Assembly (NCBI GenBank): GCA_043228905.1
Contig: JBHGNT010000013.1
Location: 5,208,001-5,272,000 of the forward strand
Direction: 5' to 3'
Source of the DNA: Azolla caroliniana
Lineage: Eukaryota; Plantae; Polypodiophyta
Length of the DNA: 64,000 bases
This document shows, one piece after another, positions 22,572-37,600 of this stretch. The notes below the pieces were generated by a model. It did not search any database. It was not told where the DNA came from and saw only the letters and a list, made by a program, of their open reading frames with translations. Position 1 is the stretch's first letter. Each line of letters starts with the position of its first letter. Made by a program: the position numbers and the translations under genes.

Positions 22572-25500
22572 ATGAGTGCCGAGGAAGAGAAGACTCTTGG
22601 GTTAGAAGCCCTGAACAAAGAAACCGTGGATTTGGTAAGAACTTATCCATCTAAAGCTTAGTGATTGATACACACACCCATATAAAGCCCAATCGTATCT
22701 TCATTTCCTATGGTTTTATCATCTTTTGTCATTAGGTCTGTTTTTTCTCCTTGTAAATCTCTCTCTCTGTCACTCACATTTTTCAGGAAAGAATACCTAT
22801 TGAGGAGGTCTTTGAACAGCTGAGATGTACCAAAGAAGGTCTCTCCTCAGTGGAGGGAGAAAATCGCCTCAAGATATTTGGCTTCAACAAGCTGGAAGAG
22901 AAATCTGTAAGTTTCTCTCTCTTTCTCTTTCGCTGTTCCTATAGATCTATTTTAAAACAGTAGATATGTATGTATTTTTCACTCCCCTTAGCTTTTCATA
23001 ACATGCCATCGATTCTAATGCTTTGGAATTGCACATGGATCACGAGTAGAAGAAGAGTTTAGTGATATTCACTTTTTCCAAAATCCTTCCCCGAAAGGAA
23101 GACTCTCATCAAATCTATGCAAAATTTGGACCTATCGATTGCAGACTAATGAGGCTGCTTCGAGTGAAATTAGTGGCGTGTATCCAGTTTTAGGTGACTA
23201 CTACCCTCATGTAGCTAGGGTTCTGGGATAGCGTTTCTAGGTAATTATCCATGTGTAACTAATACCAGCATAGTGTTTTTGGTGACTGCCCACATGTAGC
23301 TCGATTTAGGGTTAGTGTTTATAATTAAAATTTAATGCTGTGTTTTGGGGTTAGTTCAAGCTTTGTGGTTTTTTGCATTTTGGCGATTACCCACATGTAA
23401 CTAGTTCTAACTTCTTGGCCACTGTTTCTCCCATAGGTCAAAATTGGCCTCTTTATGGACGATAAAAATTCTAATTCTAATTCTAGTGTCATATATTTTT
23501 AACGATTGCGCACATATGTCTGTCTATTTACAGGTTGTTGCTGTTTTTTATTCATCACCCAACATGTTTGTAGATCTAGGATGTGCAGTTATAATATTGT
23601 GTTTTGGTGTTTTATCCACATGTAGCTAGATCTAGGGTTTTATTGTTTTCACCGTTGTATGTTTTCTTAGCTATCCATGTGTGTAGGTAGTTCTCTAAGG
23701 TATAGGCTTCTGTCTTGTGTCTTAGAGACTACCCACATGTATCTAGTTTCAGATTAGTGTTTCTAGTGATCACCCACACGGTTGTAGATCTAGGTTTAGT
23801 AGCCTTGGTGACTAGCCACATGGAGCAAGGCCCTAAGTTGTAGTGTTTCTAGTGCTCATGGTTTAGTGACAACCCCCGTATCGTTAGATCTAATTACGTG
23901 ACATGATGCACATCATGTAGCTAGTTCTATCTATGTGGTTGCCCATATGTAGCTAATTCTAATTTGGTCACCTCCCCACATATACCTTGATCTAGCCTTG
24001 TATTTTGGTGATCCAGCCACTTGTAATTGGCTCTAGGTCAATGCCATCTTCGTTGAACATGTGCTGTTATTTCTTTCTTCAGGAAAGCAAAATACTGAAG
24101 TTCCTTGGGTTTATGTGGAATCCCCTCTCATGGGTCATGGAAGCTGCTGCAATAATGGCCATTGCCTTGGCTAATGGAAAAGTTAGGGGTAAGGTATGTA
24201 TAGTGGCATGTTCTCTCTCTGTTTTTTTTTTTCTTTTTTATTTATTTATCAGTATTATTCTTACTAAACATGCAAGGGCCTTAGTTGGAGATATGATCAT
24301 TATTTTACATCGTAATTACAGTCTGCCCCTCCTGATTGGCAAGATTTTGTTGGAATCATGGTCTTGTTGGTGATCAACTCTACCATCTCCTTCATCGAAG
24401 AAAACAATGCAGGAAACGCGGCGGCGGCTCTTATGGCTAAACTGGCACCGAAAACCAAGGTTGGATTTTTGCTGAACTCTTAAGAGAAAACATTGTCTGA
24501 TAGAATGCTGTTTTAGAAAGCAGCTTCTAGAAGGAAGAAAATGATTCTTTTGAGTGCATGTAGATGATTTTAGGCCTCACTTCCACTGGGAGGAAACACT
24601 GAGGACATCTTTTGCAAATGAGAGACCATAGTTTATGCATGTTTAATTTCAGGTTCTTCGCGATGGGCAGTGGAGTGAACAGGATGCAGCAATATTGGTT
24701 CCAGGAGATATCATCAGTATCAAGTTGGGTGATATTGTTCCTGCGGATGCAAGGCTTTTGGAGGGAGATCCATTAAAGATTGATCAGGTATATATGGAAC
24801 TTGGAAATTATACTGACCTTGGTTTAACTCCATGAATTTACACTTATGTATTATGTATTTTCTTTGATTGTTATGTATATTTGTGATGAAAGTACTTAAT
24901 TTGTAGGGTTCTTTTTAGTCTGCATTGACAGGGGAATCATTGCCGGTAACAAAGAAACCTGGAGATGAGGTGTTCTCTGGATCCACATGTAAACAAGGTG
25001 AGATTGAAGCTGTTGTCATTGCAACCGGTGTTCACACCTTCTTTGGAAAAGCTGCCCATCTCGTCGATTCAACTAATCAAGTTGGTCATTTCCAGAAGGT
25101 AACCCTCCAGTGAACTGTTTCTTCCATCTTTTATCGTTTCGATTCTACATTTCCTTTTATCTCTTTTGTATTCTCTCTTGATTTTTGTGATTCAATTGGA
25201 AAATCTCTTGCATGTGATTGGTGGTACTGATTTCTTATACCATTATCATGTAAATGTTTTGAAGGTCCTTACAGCTATTGGTAATTTTTGCATCTGCTCC
25301 ATTGCTATTGGAATTGTCATTGAGATTATTGTAATGTACCCGATACAACACCGGGCGTACAGAGATGGAATCAACAATCTCTTGGTCTTGCTTATCGGAG
25401 GGATTCCGATTGCAATGCCTACTGTTCTTTCTGTCACTATGGCTATTGGATCTCACCGTCTTTCCCAGCAGGTAAAAAGTTCTTTTGATAGTATGTTGTT

Positions 25501-28500
25501 GCTGCAAATGGGTTGATATTAATTAAGCCTAGGCTATTTACTCAGAATACCCCTATGTTTCTAGAAATGACCAGAATACCCCTTTCAATTAATGTATTTC
25601 TGCTCAGGGTGCTATCACAAAGAGAATGACCGCTATTGAGGAAATGGCTGGAATGGATGTCTTATGCAGTGATAAGACTGGAACTCTAACTTTGAATAAA
25701 CTTACCGTGGATAAGAATCTAATTGAGGCAAGCAATGATTATACATACAAGAAAAACATCTCTACTGAGAAGTTAGAAAATCATTTTATTTTATTAACTT
25801 GTGTTAGCTCTTAAAATACATTATTTATAGGTATTTGGCAAAGGAATAGACAAGGATCATGTAGTTCTTCTGGCGGCAAGGGCCTCAAGAACAGAGAATC
25901 AAGATGCCATTGACACAGCCATTGTCGGGATGTTAGCTGATCCAAAGGAGGTTAAAAATTGTGTGATAAATTCCATCATAAAAGACGATAAAATTCAGAT
26001 CTTTTTGATATGATGGAAAAAGTATCTGCTGGCTCTTTCCTTCTTTGGCTACTACTGATATTATTATCGGATAATGTTTTTAGGCTCGTGCGAATGTCAC
26101 TGAGGTCCATTTCCTTCCATTCAATCCAGTGGATAAGAGAACTGCTCTGACATATATTGACGCTGATGGTAAATGGCATAGGGCAAGCAAAGGTGCTCCG
26201 GAACAGGTGAAGAAAAGCCAGTTATCTTTCTTTTCATACACACATGCATGCATACTAGTGGTTTAATTCTCATCGTGTATGTATTCAATATGCTTTTTCA
26301 TACACACATTACTCATCTCCTGTTTGTTAATTACAATATGTATGTATTCTAGATGATTGCACTGGCTCACAACAAAGCAGAGATCGAGGGAAAAGCACAT
26401 GCGGTTATTGAGAAGTATGCTGAGAGAGGTCTACGTTCATTGGCAGTTGCCCGACAGGTTAGGTCATTCACTTTATTGCTCACATCCGATTTGTTTTGTA
26501 TGTATCTATTATGCATATTATTATTATTATATATTACTGTTACCATTATGATTTAAATATTGGGTTTCTTCCAATATATGCAGGAAGTTCCAGAAAAGAA
26601 TAAAGAAAGTGAAGGAGGCCCATGGCAGTTTGTTGGAATCTTGCCTCTCTTTGATCCGCCCCGCCATGATAGTGCTGAGACAATCCGTCAAGCTTTGAAT
26701 TTGGGGGTGAACGTGAAAATGATTACTGGTAATTTATATATGATTAGTTTTATTATCCAACAGTAATGTTATAATGGAGCATCCACTTATAATTCTTTTT
26801 GAGATATAATATGTTATATATGCATTCCATGCCAAATATTATTATTAGCTGTCTTGTTAATAGGGATAATTTTACTTGCTGTACAATAGGGGATCAACTA
26901 GCTATTGCCAAGGAGACTGGTAGAAGACTTGGTATGGGTATCAACATGTATCCATCATCATCGCTATTAGGCCAGAATAAAGATGAATCAATTGCTTCTC
27001 TTCCTGTCGACGAACTCATTGAGAAGGCTGATGGATTTGCTGGAGTCTTTCCAGGTTCTTTTGGAATCTTTACTTTTCTTTCGAATTCCATGTATTTGAA
27101 TAAATCTGAAAAAGCTGGAAACTATGCTCAAAGTTGAAAAGTAATGGATCAAAAGGTAATGGAACAATTCAGTTAGTTTCACTATTTTTTTTCTTGCTAA
27201 CTTGTTTCTGTGATGACATTTGTTCAGAGCACAAATATGAGATAGTGAAGCGGTTACAAGAGAAGAAGCACATTTGTGGTATGACTGGGGATGGTGTGAA
27301 TGATGCCCCTGCTTTGAAGAAGGCCGATATAGGTATTGCTGTTGCCGATGCAACTGATGCTGCAAGAAGTGCATCCGATATTGTGTTAACTGAACCTGGA
27401 TTGAGTGTTATTATTAGTGCGGTTCTGACAAGCCGAGCTATATTCCAGAGGATGAAGAACTACACTGTAAGAAATATCTATTGTATTGTCATATTTCAGA
27501 TATTGTTAGATTTCTTCACTCTCTCCATACATAAACATACATATTATTATAAACTATATGCTTCTATTGTTCGCAGATTTATGCTGTGTCTATCACCATT
27601 CGTATTGTGGTAAGGGCATTTGGCTTGGTGTTTTTGTCAACTTTGTTCGTATCATGACTTTATGATCTGCAAATTTAGCTGTTTAGCCAACAACTTCTGA
27701 GCTCCTTTGCCTACATATTTGTGTATGCAGATGGGTTTTATGCTGCTTGCTCTAATTTGGAAGTTTGACTTCTCTCCTTTCATGGTTCTTATCATTGCCA
27801 TATTGAATGACGGTGAGTACAATACTTACAAAATAGGACTTATCATTTGGATTGTGAAAATATTTGGCATTTTTTGGACTTTGTTCATTTCATTTCATGC
27901 TTTTTATTGTTCTGAATGAAGCTGACTGTGTCATACAAATAATATTACCAAACTAGAGAATCAGAGATATTATTGTTAGTGTGGAATTATTTGGTAATTT
28001 GGCTTCTGTCTTGTCATTTCATGGTCCTGATAATTGATTGCTGTATTGAATGAGACATGCAATAATACCAACTATGACTTATGATTGCTTGTCATTGTAT
28101 ATATGTATGTCTATTATTTTAAGTTTCACACATGTATTTTACGCTCATATATATACGTATATACTTGTTTGTTTACCCTCATTGGATTCTCTCGTAGGTA
28201 CCATCATGACAATCTCAAAGGATCGAGTCAAACCTTCTCCGTTACCAGATAGCTGGAAACTAAATGAAATTTTTGCAACCGGAGTTGTCCTTGGGACTTA
28301 CCTTGCACTTATGACTGTCCTCTTCTTTTGGGCTGCTCATAAGACCGACTTTTTCCCTGTAAGTGTGCACAATATCATTTTGTATTTATTGTTAATATTA
28401 TTATTTTACAAAAACAAAAGTTGTTATTTGTATGTATTAATATCTATTTATTTCTATCAATTACTGATGATATTTATCTCTTTTTTCCTCACAGAAACAT

Positions 28501-29316
28501 TTTGGTGTTCGAGATATTAAGGGGAGTAACAGCCAACTTACTGCCGCAGTATATTTGCAAGTGAGCATTATAAGCCAAGCACTCATTTTTGTCACTAGAT
28601 CCAGAAGCTGGTCTTTCATGGAGCGACCCGGGTTTTTGCTTTTGATTGCTTTTGTTGTTGCTCAATTGGTAATTAACTATTTTGATCTTAAAATGTTTCA
28701 TGTTATCTAATTTTACCTTTGTTCTTTTAATTTTAAATCCATTTCTTAAATTTTTGCAGGTTGCAACTCTTCTAGCGGTGTATGCAACATGGGGATTTGC
28801 TAACATTAGAGGTATTGGATGGGGATGGGCTGGTGTTATCTGGCTATTCAGCATTATAACCTATCTCCCATTGGACGTCATCAAATTCGCTGTCCGATAC
28901 ATATTGAGCGGGAAAGCATGGGATCTTCTCATTGAACGAAGGGTAAATATATAAACATTGTGATAATTTCGTTGGATCACAGAAACCGATGAAATTAGAT
29001 TCTTTGATTGAACTTTCTGAATTTGCCATTAATTTAATCAAATTCTGCAAAGTGTATTTGTTTGAAATTAAAGAGGTATGCAAAAAGAAAAGTTCTAATT
29101 TCTTGTGAGGTGTTTTATGTGCAGATTGCATTTACAAGACAGAAGGATTATGGAAAGGAAGCTAGAGAGGCACAATGGGCACAAGCTCAGAGGACATTGC
29201 ATGGCCTGCAGCCTCCAGAGCCGAGCAAACTGTTTTCAGATAAAAGTAGCTACTATGAGTTGACTGAGATAGCAGAACAAGCTAAGAGGCGTGCAGAGAT
29301 AGCAAGGTCTCTCCCT

Positions 29317-29380
<64 letters not shown>

Positions 29381-29973
29381 CCTACCATATTTGGTCTTTG
29401 AAGATGATAATATCTATCTATCTATCTATCCCCCCCCTTTCCCAGGCCAAATTTAGCCAGTATTGTTTATGAAAATTCACAAAAAGTTTTGAAACATGAT
29501 AGGTTCTAGTTATCAAACAATAATAATGTTCATAGAATTCTATAAGTTTATTGTTATGGAAAGCTGAAATCAAGGGTTTTGAAAAGCCAAGCAAAATTTT
29601 TGAGGTGTTCTGATTTTTTACCATGGAGGTTTTTGGAGGGAGGTTTTGAAGAATTCACTGGTAAAATATTTGTGAGGAAGGTGGAAAATTGAAATATTTG
29701 CCCGATACTTTATATTTTTCATAAGATGTCGATCGTTTTTTGGGGGTTTTAATTGATAAGAATAATAATTTTTAGACTTGAAAAAAACTTCGAAGAATTT
29801 ACTAGCTGTATTTGCCAAAGTAAGTTAAGATGGATATGGAAAACAGCTCATTGTTTCTATAACTTTTGTGAAACAGGTTGAGGGAATTGAACACCTTGAA
29901 GGGTCATGTAGAATCAGTCGTGCGATTGAAAGGTCTTGATATCAACACAATCCAACAAGCTTATACAGTTTGA
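22572..29973 (+). CDS. AHA: Plasma-membrane H+-ATPase (P3A-type), 21 exons, 956 aa
   Basis: Exons 22572-22634, 22787-22906, 24083-24181, 24322-24459, 24653-24787, 24919-25098, 25265-25471, 25608-25727, 25831-25950, 26084-26206, 26353-26457, 26584-26728, 26890-27054, 27228-27466, 27577-27609, 27731-27812, 28198-28358, 28495-28668, 28760-28942, 29125-29306 and 29877-29973 join to 2871 nt in frame. Motifs: [40 protein letters not shown] and regulatory C-terminus QQAYTV (14-3-3 site). Confidence 0.97.
23195..24040. repeat. Old degenerate minisatellite filling ATPase intron 2
   Basis: About 15 recognisable copies of a core like gactacccacatgtagctagttctagg, many ~40-60 bp apart. Confidence 0.7.
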
Positions 29974-30846
29974 TGGGTTTTCTTTTATTTAAAAGAAAAG
30001 AAAAGAATCAAACTCTTTCCGGATTCTGGATGTTGTCGACAACAGAAATTAAACCTTTTCTTTTTTCTTTCTTATGGAACTACTTGCAAAAAATGCACAA
30101 CAAATTTCCACTCTTTTGCTTTCTCGAGTGGAAAGAAAAACACACTTTTTTTTGGAGTTTGTGAAAGCTGATATGGTGATTTTATATATGGGCGTGTATA
30201 AATGAGAATACAAGCAAAAATCACGTCGAGAATCACACAAAAGGCAAGTGACATTATTATTATTAATAGCTTCATAGATTTGAAGCATTTGTAGGGAGAA
30301 ATCGGAGGGTGCTAAACTTGTAGTTCCTCCTACCTCAACAAGTTACCCAAAATAAAAATTCATTTTTACTCCTTTTCAAGCTCTGGATTCTCTGCTTCTG
30401 TCAGTTAATTTCTTAGCTACAATAACAAATAATAATTTTAGTGCAAATGGGCAAAATTGAGGTCTTGTTTTGTATATTTTGGATGGATTTCCCAAGTTCT
30501 TCTGATTTTGGTATCTTGCATAACTAAAATTTAGTGTTCGAAGTTGTAAGTCCTGTGTTTTTTTGTTCACAGTAAAACGTGTTAGCTTATTGCTATGTGA
30601 TTATTGAATGGTCTAGTGTTAAAAATGTAGGTAGTCAAGCTAAGGACCTTCTGTTTTGTGAATTGAGTGTGAAGGTTAATAATGTAGCAGGTGCAGCGTA
30701 ATCTATAGTGTTGAAATGTATCGTTGTCATGTTAAGAGTGTCAGATTAGTGCATTTGTTTTCATGAATCTTCTTTCTTTGTGCGATGCCTGGACCACTGT
30801 TAAATTATGTACCGACTTTAGCTAGTCTTGAGTGTTGGATGTGCTT

Positions 30847-31018
30847 CACATGCAAATGATTTGTGATTTGTTGTGTGACAATAGTTAATTCAATATCATT
30901 AATTTAAGCACAGATTCCCGATTTAACTATGTTCACATGCAATGATTTGTGATTTGTTGTGTGACAATAGTTAATTCAATATCATTAATTTGAGCACAGA
31001 TTCCCGATTAACTATGTT
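30847..31018. repeat. Tandem duplication, period ~87 bp
   Basis: cacatgcaa.tgatttgtgatttgttgtgtgacaatagttaattc...aactatgtt occurs twice. Confidence 0.85.
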
Positions 31019-32299
31019 TTGTCAGTTCAGAAGTTTTGATTCGACCATAGGTATGCATTATTCTCTGTCCTCTTGTTTTGCTCCATTTGGATCTGTTTCC
31101 TCTCTATGAGTTGCTGCCTTCTCATCGGCTCCACTCTCTTCTCCATATCTGTTTAGCCAAAGCTTCTCCTAAATACCTTTCATTAAAACATTTTTACTCG
31201 AGCGCATGAAAAGTTCCCCTGTACCCTTCATGCGAGCCATCTATGCCAAATGAAGACATTCATTCCCCCATTGGTTTATGTGATACTTGTTCACGGAGCA
31301 ATTTACTCGAGGGTGTTCACATGATGGTTTTTTCATTTATATATCAAGGAGATCAAATTTTTAGCCTCGAATAAATGATGTTTGGGTTTGAGAAACTTAT
31401 GCGTTCCTTTCATTATGTGCACATGCCATTGAAACAAAATTTATTTTCCAAGACAATCTTTTTGAGACTTTTTGTTTTATTCTTCTTCTAGGGTATAACA
31501 ATATCAAATGATTGATGGCAATAAAGAAATAGGTGCGTGTATATCTATCTATCTATCTATCTATATCTATATATAATAAAAGAAAAACCTTCAAATTTAG
31601 ACACTAAGAGCCAAACCAAAAAGTTTGTTATAACATGAGTTGGCAAGGAATATGTACAAAACCAAAAACTAAAAACCAGAAAGATCTTTGAATAAATTTT
31701 ATCCCAAACAAGAAGGCGGATAACAACCACTAGTTGCCTACCCTAAGTTTAGAGACGTTGTTTTTAATACCTGTCCACATTTAGTGGCAATCTATTGCTA
31801 TTGTTAAGTTTAGAGATGTAACTTACTTAGCCTTTTTATTATTATTTTACCTACAGAAACTACAAACCACAGAAAATACATATTTATTTAAAGCTTACTC
31901 ACATTATTATGGTTTCATAATTTTATTTAGATTTAACCATAAATTGTATTTTCGGATTCAGAATAACTGATATTATCTCAAAATCACAGTAGTTGTGGAT
32001 AGAACCATCTCTTGCCCACTATGACTCTTGATCATTAACTAAAGAGACCAATTACTGAAGTTTTGTTGCATAAACAAGAAGGGGATACTACATGGCTTTG
32101 ATCATGGGACAAGATATAAAACTCATCACGCCCATGAAAAGGCCTCATTTGTCTTATGGAATAGCATCTAGAATCCCAGATCTATACTCCATACAGCATT
32201 ATCAAATGGGTCATTAATAGCAAGTGGAGGTTAATCTCAAAGGAATCAACAAGAAAACTTGTCATCTAATTTGATGGATGAAGACACCTCATATGCTTA

Positions 32300-33856
32300 G
32301 AGCTACAAATGGATTCTCCACTAACACCATCACCATTAAAAAAAATGGTCTAGTAGCTATGGTACGTATAAAGCTTCTTTTTGACATGGTAGAGTTAGGG
32401 AGAAGAATATCAAAGTAGAATGCATTATTAAGGTGGAAAATAAATGCCATATGATATATATGTATGTATAAAGTGCTTACATGTTGTTCCATAAATAAAA
32501 AACAAAACATAGGTGCGCCAGTGGGTCGAACAATTCCAATCGAGCATCATTACCCAATAAGCAATGTTGAAACCATTTGCTTCTCACATCTTTATTGGCA
32601 TATCCCCCACTATCCTCCATTGATGGTCTCATAAGACCACAATTTCTTAAAATTATGATAGTCCACCAAGTCAAGGGAACACGAAGATGAAGAAAGAGGG
32701 TTATGCGAGATATGGATGTCATCGAGTGTGGGAGTGGAGCACATGATATAGAATGCCTGGTCGGTAGGGGCACAAGTGTGACAAGTGTGGTCTGTAGGGA
32801 CGTAAGTGGGCAAAGTGGTTTGGGTATTATGGGACATGATGAGGTAGGTTAAGCATGTTGCAAGCGCTCAATGTGTAGTGAGGGTAGCTGAACATCTTGC
32901 ATTGGTATGGTGTCCTTGCCCAACTTGTTCATGTTTCCACAATCCAATGATGTGCCACATAGTGGGTGAATATAAGGATGGGTTACATCTATAGCTAGAG
33001 TAAGGTGGGAAGAATGGTGTACTAACCATAGTTTTGAAGTCTTATTGGTAGGACAAGAGTGACATAGTAACTTGCATCCAAAGACTGATTAGTTGGTGCC
33101 TAGAGGAGCCTCTATGAATATGGAAGGCGAGGTTTAAACTTTGGCGCCTATATGGATGGAAGCGTAGATGGTCAAATGGAGGTTCCTTCTATTGGAACTC
33201 AAATAGCTTGGGGATGTGCACTATCACTTGGATGTCCATGCCAAGAATGTTGGTGTTCTTATCAACTCAAAATTATCCATTATTTAGAGGATGTTGACTT
33301 TCATGGTCTTATTTTGGCACTGTGAGGGAAGGTGGCCAATTGAAGAGGATTGTGGGACATATCCTCTTAGAGATTAAGTCGTCAAGCTAGGATGCACATT
33401 GGGGACGAGGGTAGAAGATAGGCTTTTTGGTGACATCACAAGGATGTGTTGTGAACCACTATCAAATTTATTAACCTTTGTGCTAAATATTTAGAAATTT
33501 ATGATTCCATGGGTGTTAGTGCCTATCTTTGTTGAGTATATCCTTCAAAGTATGGGACTATCTTCATGACTTAGTGGGTGGGATGGTCACTGGTTATTAT
33601 TGAGCTTTGTCATTATATAAAGTGGGGTATAGTTGAATGTTGGGGATTTTCTTAGGTTCGACTTACTAGTAAACAAATATCACTTGATGAGGAGGGAAGA
33701 ACAATTCATACAAGTCCGAAATATGAGGGGATCAGGGATGTAACTTGGCCATTGAGTTGATTATATAGTTGACGCCCCGTTTTGATCCTCTCTAGCTTGT
33801 TTGGAAGAACATAGTTATTTGGTTTCCAATCAATGAAGTGTGAAAAATATGAGGTG
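32300..33856 (-). mobile_element. Possible very old LINE (L1 ORF2 C-terminal) remnant
   Basis: Only weak Trp/Cys-containing peptide fragments (e.g. WFQHCLLG..FVFYLW); no intact motif. Confidence 0.25.
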
Positions 33857-33861
33857 GGTTG

Positions 33862-34600
33862 TGTTGGGAATATGGAGTGGAATCAGGATAATTAAAACTT
33901 CAAACACAATTAACACTTGATAACCAATAGATGAAACCACAATACGAAAATGAGAGTACACCAAGATTTTAACGTGGAAAACCCAAAATAGGGAAAAACC
34001 ACGGGAACCGTAGGTTCCAAACAATTTCACTATAATTTGGATTACAATGAAATACGACCTCACTAGAGGAATGTATCTACTTCAAGGCAACAACCTCGGC
34101 TACAATTCTTCACCCGATTGGGTGGATACAACAATGACCCAAATTATAATTCTTCACCCAATTGGGTAGATAGAAAACCAAATAAAAAGGAAACTAGAAA
34201 AACATAAAACGAAGAAACCTGAAACAAGTAGACAGGACAGGTGTTGTTCAATCATGGTTCTTCGATAGCACGAACAACCCCTCGTAGGTCTTTGTATTTG
34301 TGACAGTAGTTCACTCTTCCCCTTGCTCACTCTTTTGATTTCTGTTTCTCTCTCTCTGTTTTCTGTTTTCGCTCTCTACGCTCTCAGAAAAATCAGTTTT
34401 CGTTCTCTGTTTTCTCTCTTAGAAAAAAACCAGTTTTTTGCTCTCTGTTTTCTTTCACATAGAAAAAAACGGGTCACGCTGTCTCTCCTTTTTCCTTTTC
34501 TTCTTTTCTTTGTCCAACGTCTACAAACTTGTGTTCACACTCACGCACACAAAAGACACATGCCCAAAAAAAACATACAAAAAGAAAAAAAGATGAGACA

Positions 34601-34636
<36 letters not shown>

Positions 34637-37600
34637 TATATATATTTAAATACAACTAATTAGTATTAAGTCTATTCGGCGTTCAACCGACTTAATGTTG
34701 TGGGCTCCACTTGAGTGGACAAGCCCCAACAATTCTCCCCCTCCATCTCAAGTGGGGGGCACAACTAGGTTTGCCTTTTGTTTGCAAACTTCAAGCTTCT
34801 CCCTTGACAAACATTTTGTCATCATGTCGGAACCATTCTCATTTGTGTGAATCTTTTCAATGTGCATTTGCTTTTCTTCAAGCACTTCTCTAATCCAATG
34901 GTATCTAACATCTATGTGTTTTGACTTAGAGTGAAAGGAAGAATTCTTGCTTAAGTGGATAGCACTTTGGCTATCACAATACAAAATGTACCGTTCTTGG
35001 GTCAGCCCCAACTCTTGTAGGCATTTCTTTAGCCATAACAATTCCTTACTAGCTTTTGTGGCAACAATATACTCAGCCTCCGTTGTGGATAATGCCACAC
35101 ATTTTTGCAATCTCGATTGCCAAGAGACCGCTCCCCCTACAAAGATCATTAAGTAACCAGATGTATACTTTCTGGAGTCAACATCACCAGCCATATCAGC
35201 ATCTGTATATCCATCTAATATAGTTTGGTTCTCACCAAATTTTAGATAGACTCTTGAGGTACCCCTCAGATATCGCAGGATCCATTTCACTGCTTCCCAA
35301 TGATCTTTTCCAGGGTTCGAGAGAAAACGGCTCACTACACCAACTGTGTGAGCAATGTCCGGCCTCGTGCATACCATAGCATACATTAAACTACCGACTG
35401 CAGAGGCATATGGCATTTGTTTCATTCCTTCTTGCTCTTCATCACTCGTAGGGCATTGAGCTGAGCTAAGTTTAAAGTGGCCCGCGAGTGGAGTGTTGAC
35501 CGGCTTACTCTTAGCCATGTTGAATCTCTCGAGTACCTTCTCAATGTACTTTTCTTGAGACAACCAAAGTCTTTTGCTTGACTTGTCCCTGGTTATCTTC
35601 ATCCCAAGGATTTGCTTGGCTGGTCCCAAGTCCTTCATGGCAAAAGATTTGATGAGTTCCTTTTTCAACTTCTCAATCTTGTTGGTGTCTTGACCAACGA
35701 TCAACATATCATCAACATACAAGAGCAAAATGACAAAATCCCCATCTGGGAATTTCTTAACAAACACACAATGGTCTGTGTTTGTTCTATTATACCCATG
35801 GTTCAACATAAAGGAGTCAAACTTTTTGTACCAAAGTCTAGGAGCTTGTTTTAGGCCGTACAAGCTCTTCTTTAACTTGCATACCAGGTTTTCCTTACCT
35901 TTGACTCCAAACCCTTCGGGTTGATCCATGTAAATCTCTTCTTCCAAATCGCCATGGAGGAAGGCAGTTTTTACATCAAGTTGCTCGATTTCTAGATCGA
36001 GACTGGCTGCAATCCCAAATACAACTCTGATCGAGGACATCTTCACCACTGGTGAGAAAATCTCCTCGAAATCAATTCCCTTTTTCTGGCTGAACCCCTT
36101 CACAACCAATCTTGCCTTGTATCTTGGCTGTGAGCAATGTTCTTCAGTCTTGAGCCTGTAAACCCATTTGTTTTTCAACGCTCTCTTGCCCTTAGGCAGC
36201 TTTACAAGATCATAAGTGTGATTGTCTTGCAAAGACTTCATCTCATCATTCATGGTGTCAAGCCATTCCTCCTTATGATCATTTGCCATAGCTTCTCTAA
36301 AACTTTCTGGCTCTCCTCCATCTGAAAGCATCACATATTCATGTGGGTTGTATCTCGTAGAAGGTCTTCTTTGTCTCATAGACCTTCTAACCTCTTCCTC
36401 TTCCGGAGGAGCTGTTGAAATGTCACCTAGAGTATGATGGTCATGATTTTGCCCATCATCATTGTCGGTTGCATCATCAGCCATATCATCATACTCCTCG
36501 GTATCTCCCCCATGACCTTGTGTGTCTGGGGTAGGCATTGGGTGTTCGGTGACTGAAAAATCAGGGGTGAGATCCGGCATTTCATTCGGTTCCGGATCTT
36601 GTAAGGTCTGATCCTCAAGGAATACCACATCCCTGCTTCTAATGACCTTCTCTCTACTGGGTCATAAAGTCTATAGCCGAATTCCTCATGGCCGTATCCC
36701 AAGAATATGCATGGTTTGCATTTGTCATCAAGCTTGGATCTTTCATCTTTTGGGATGTGAACGTAAGCCCTACAGCCAAATACTCTCAAGTGTTTGTATG
36801 ACACATCTTTGCCTGTCCAAACCCTCTCGGGAACATCGCCATCCAAGGGGGCTGACGGAGACAAGTTTATGAGGTCAATTGCAGTCCTCATTGCTTCACC
36901 CCAAAAGGATTTAGGCAATTTTGAGTGGGATAACATACATCTTATCCGCTCACAAATTGTCCTATTCGTCCTCTCAGCCACACCATTGTGCTGAGGTGTT
37001 TTCGGGACACTTCTCTCTAGTCTAATACCATGCTCACGACAATATTCCTCAAATCGTCCCTGATATTCACCGCCGTTATTGGCACAGATACATTTCAGCT
37101 TTCTTCCAGTTTCTCTTTCCACACTTACATGAAAATTCCTAAAGATTTCAAACACTTGATCTTTAGTCTTTAATGCAAAGCACCACAACTTCCTCGAGAA
37201 GTCATCGATAAATGTGGCAAAGTACAATGTTCCCCCAAGAGTTCTATCTTTCATATAGCACAAGTCCGTGTGCACCAATTCCAATGGCTAAAATTTTCTT
37301 TTGGGGGGCAGATGTTGAAAAGCAACTCTGTGTTGTTTGCCGGCCAAGCAATCAACACAAGTTTCCAAGTGCATCCCTTTTATGTCCGGCAAGATGTTCT
37401 TCCTTGCTAGAACATCCAGTCCCTTTTGACTCATGTGCTCAAGTCTCTTATGCCATAGCTCAATCGAGGCATCCTTGTTGGCTACATTTACCTCTCCGCC
37501 AGACACCACATCATGAAGTACATAGAGGGAATTCTGTTTTAGACATTTTGCTAATACTAGCAAGCCTTTGATGAGCTTCCATTTTCCTTCACCAAAGGAA

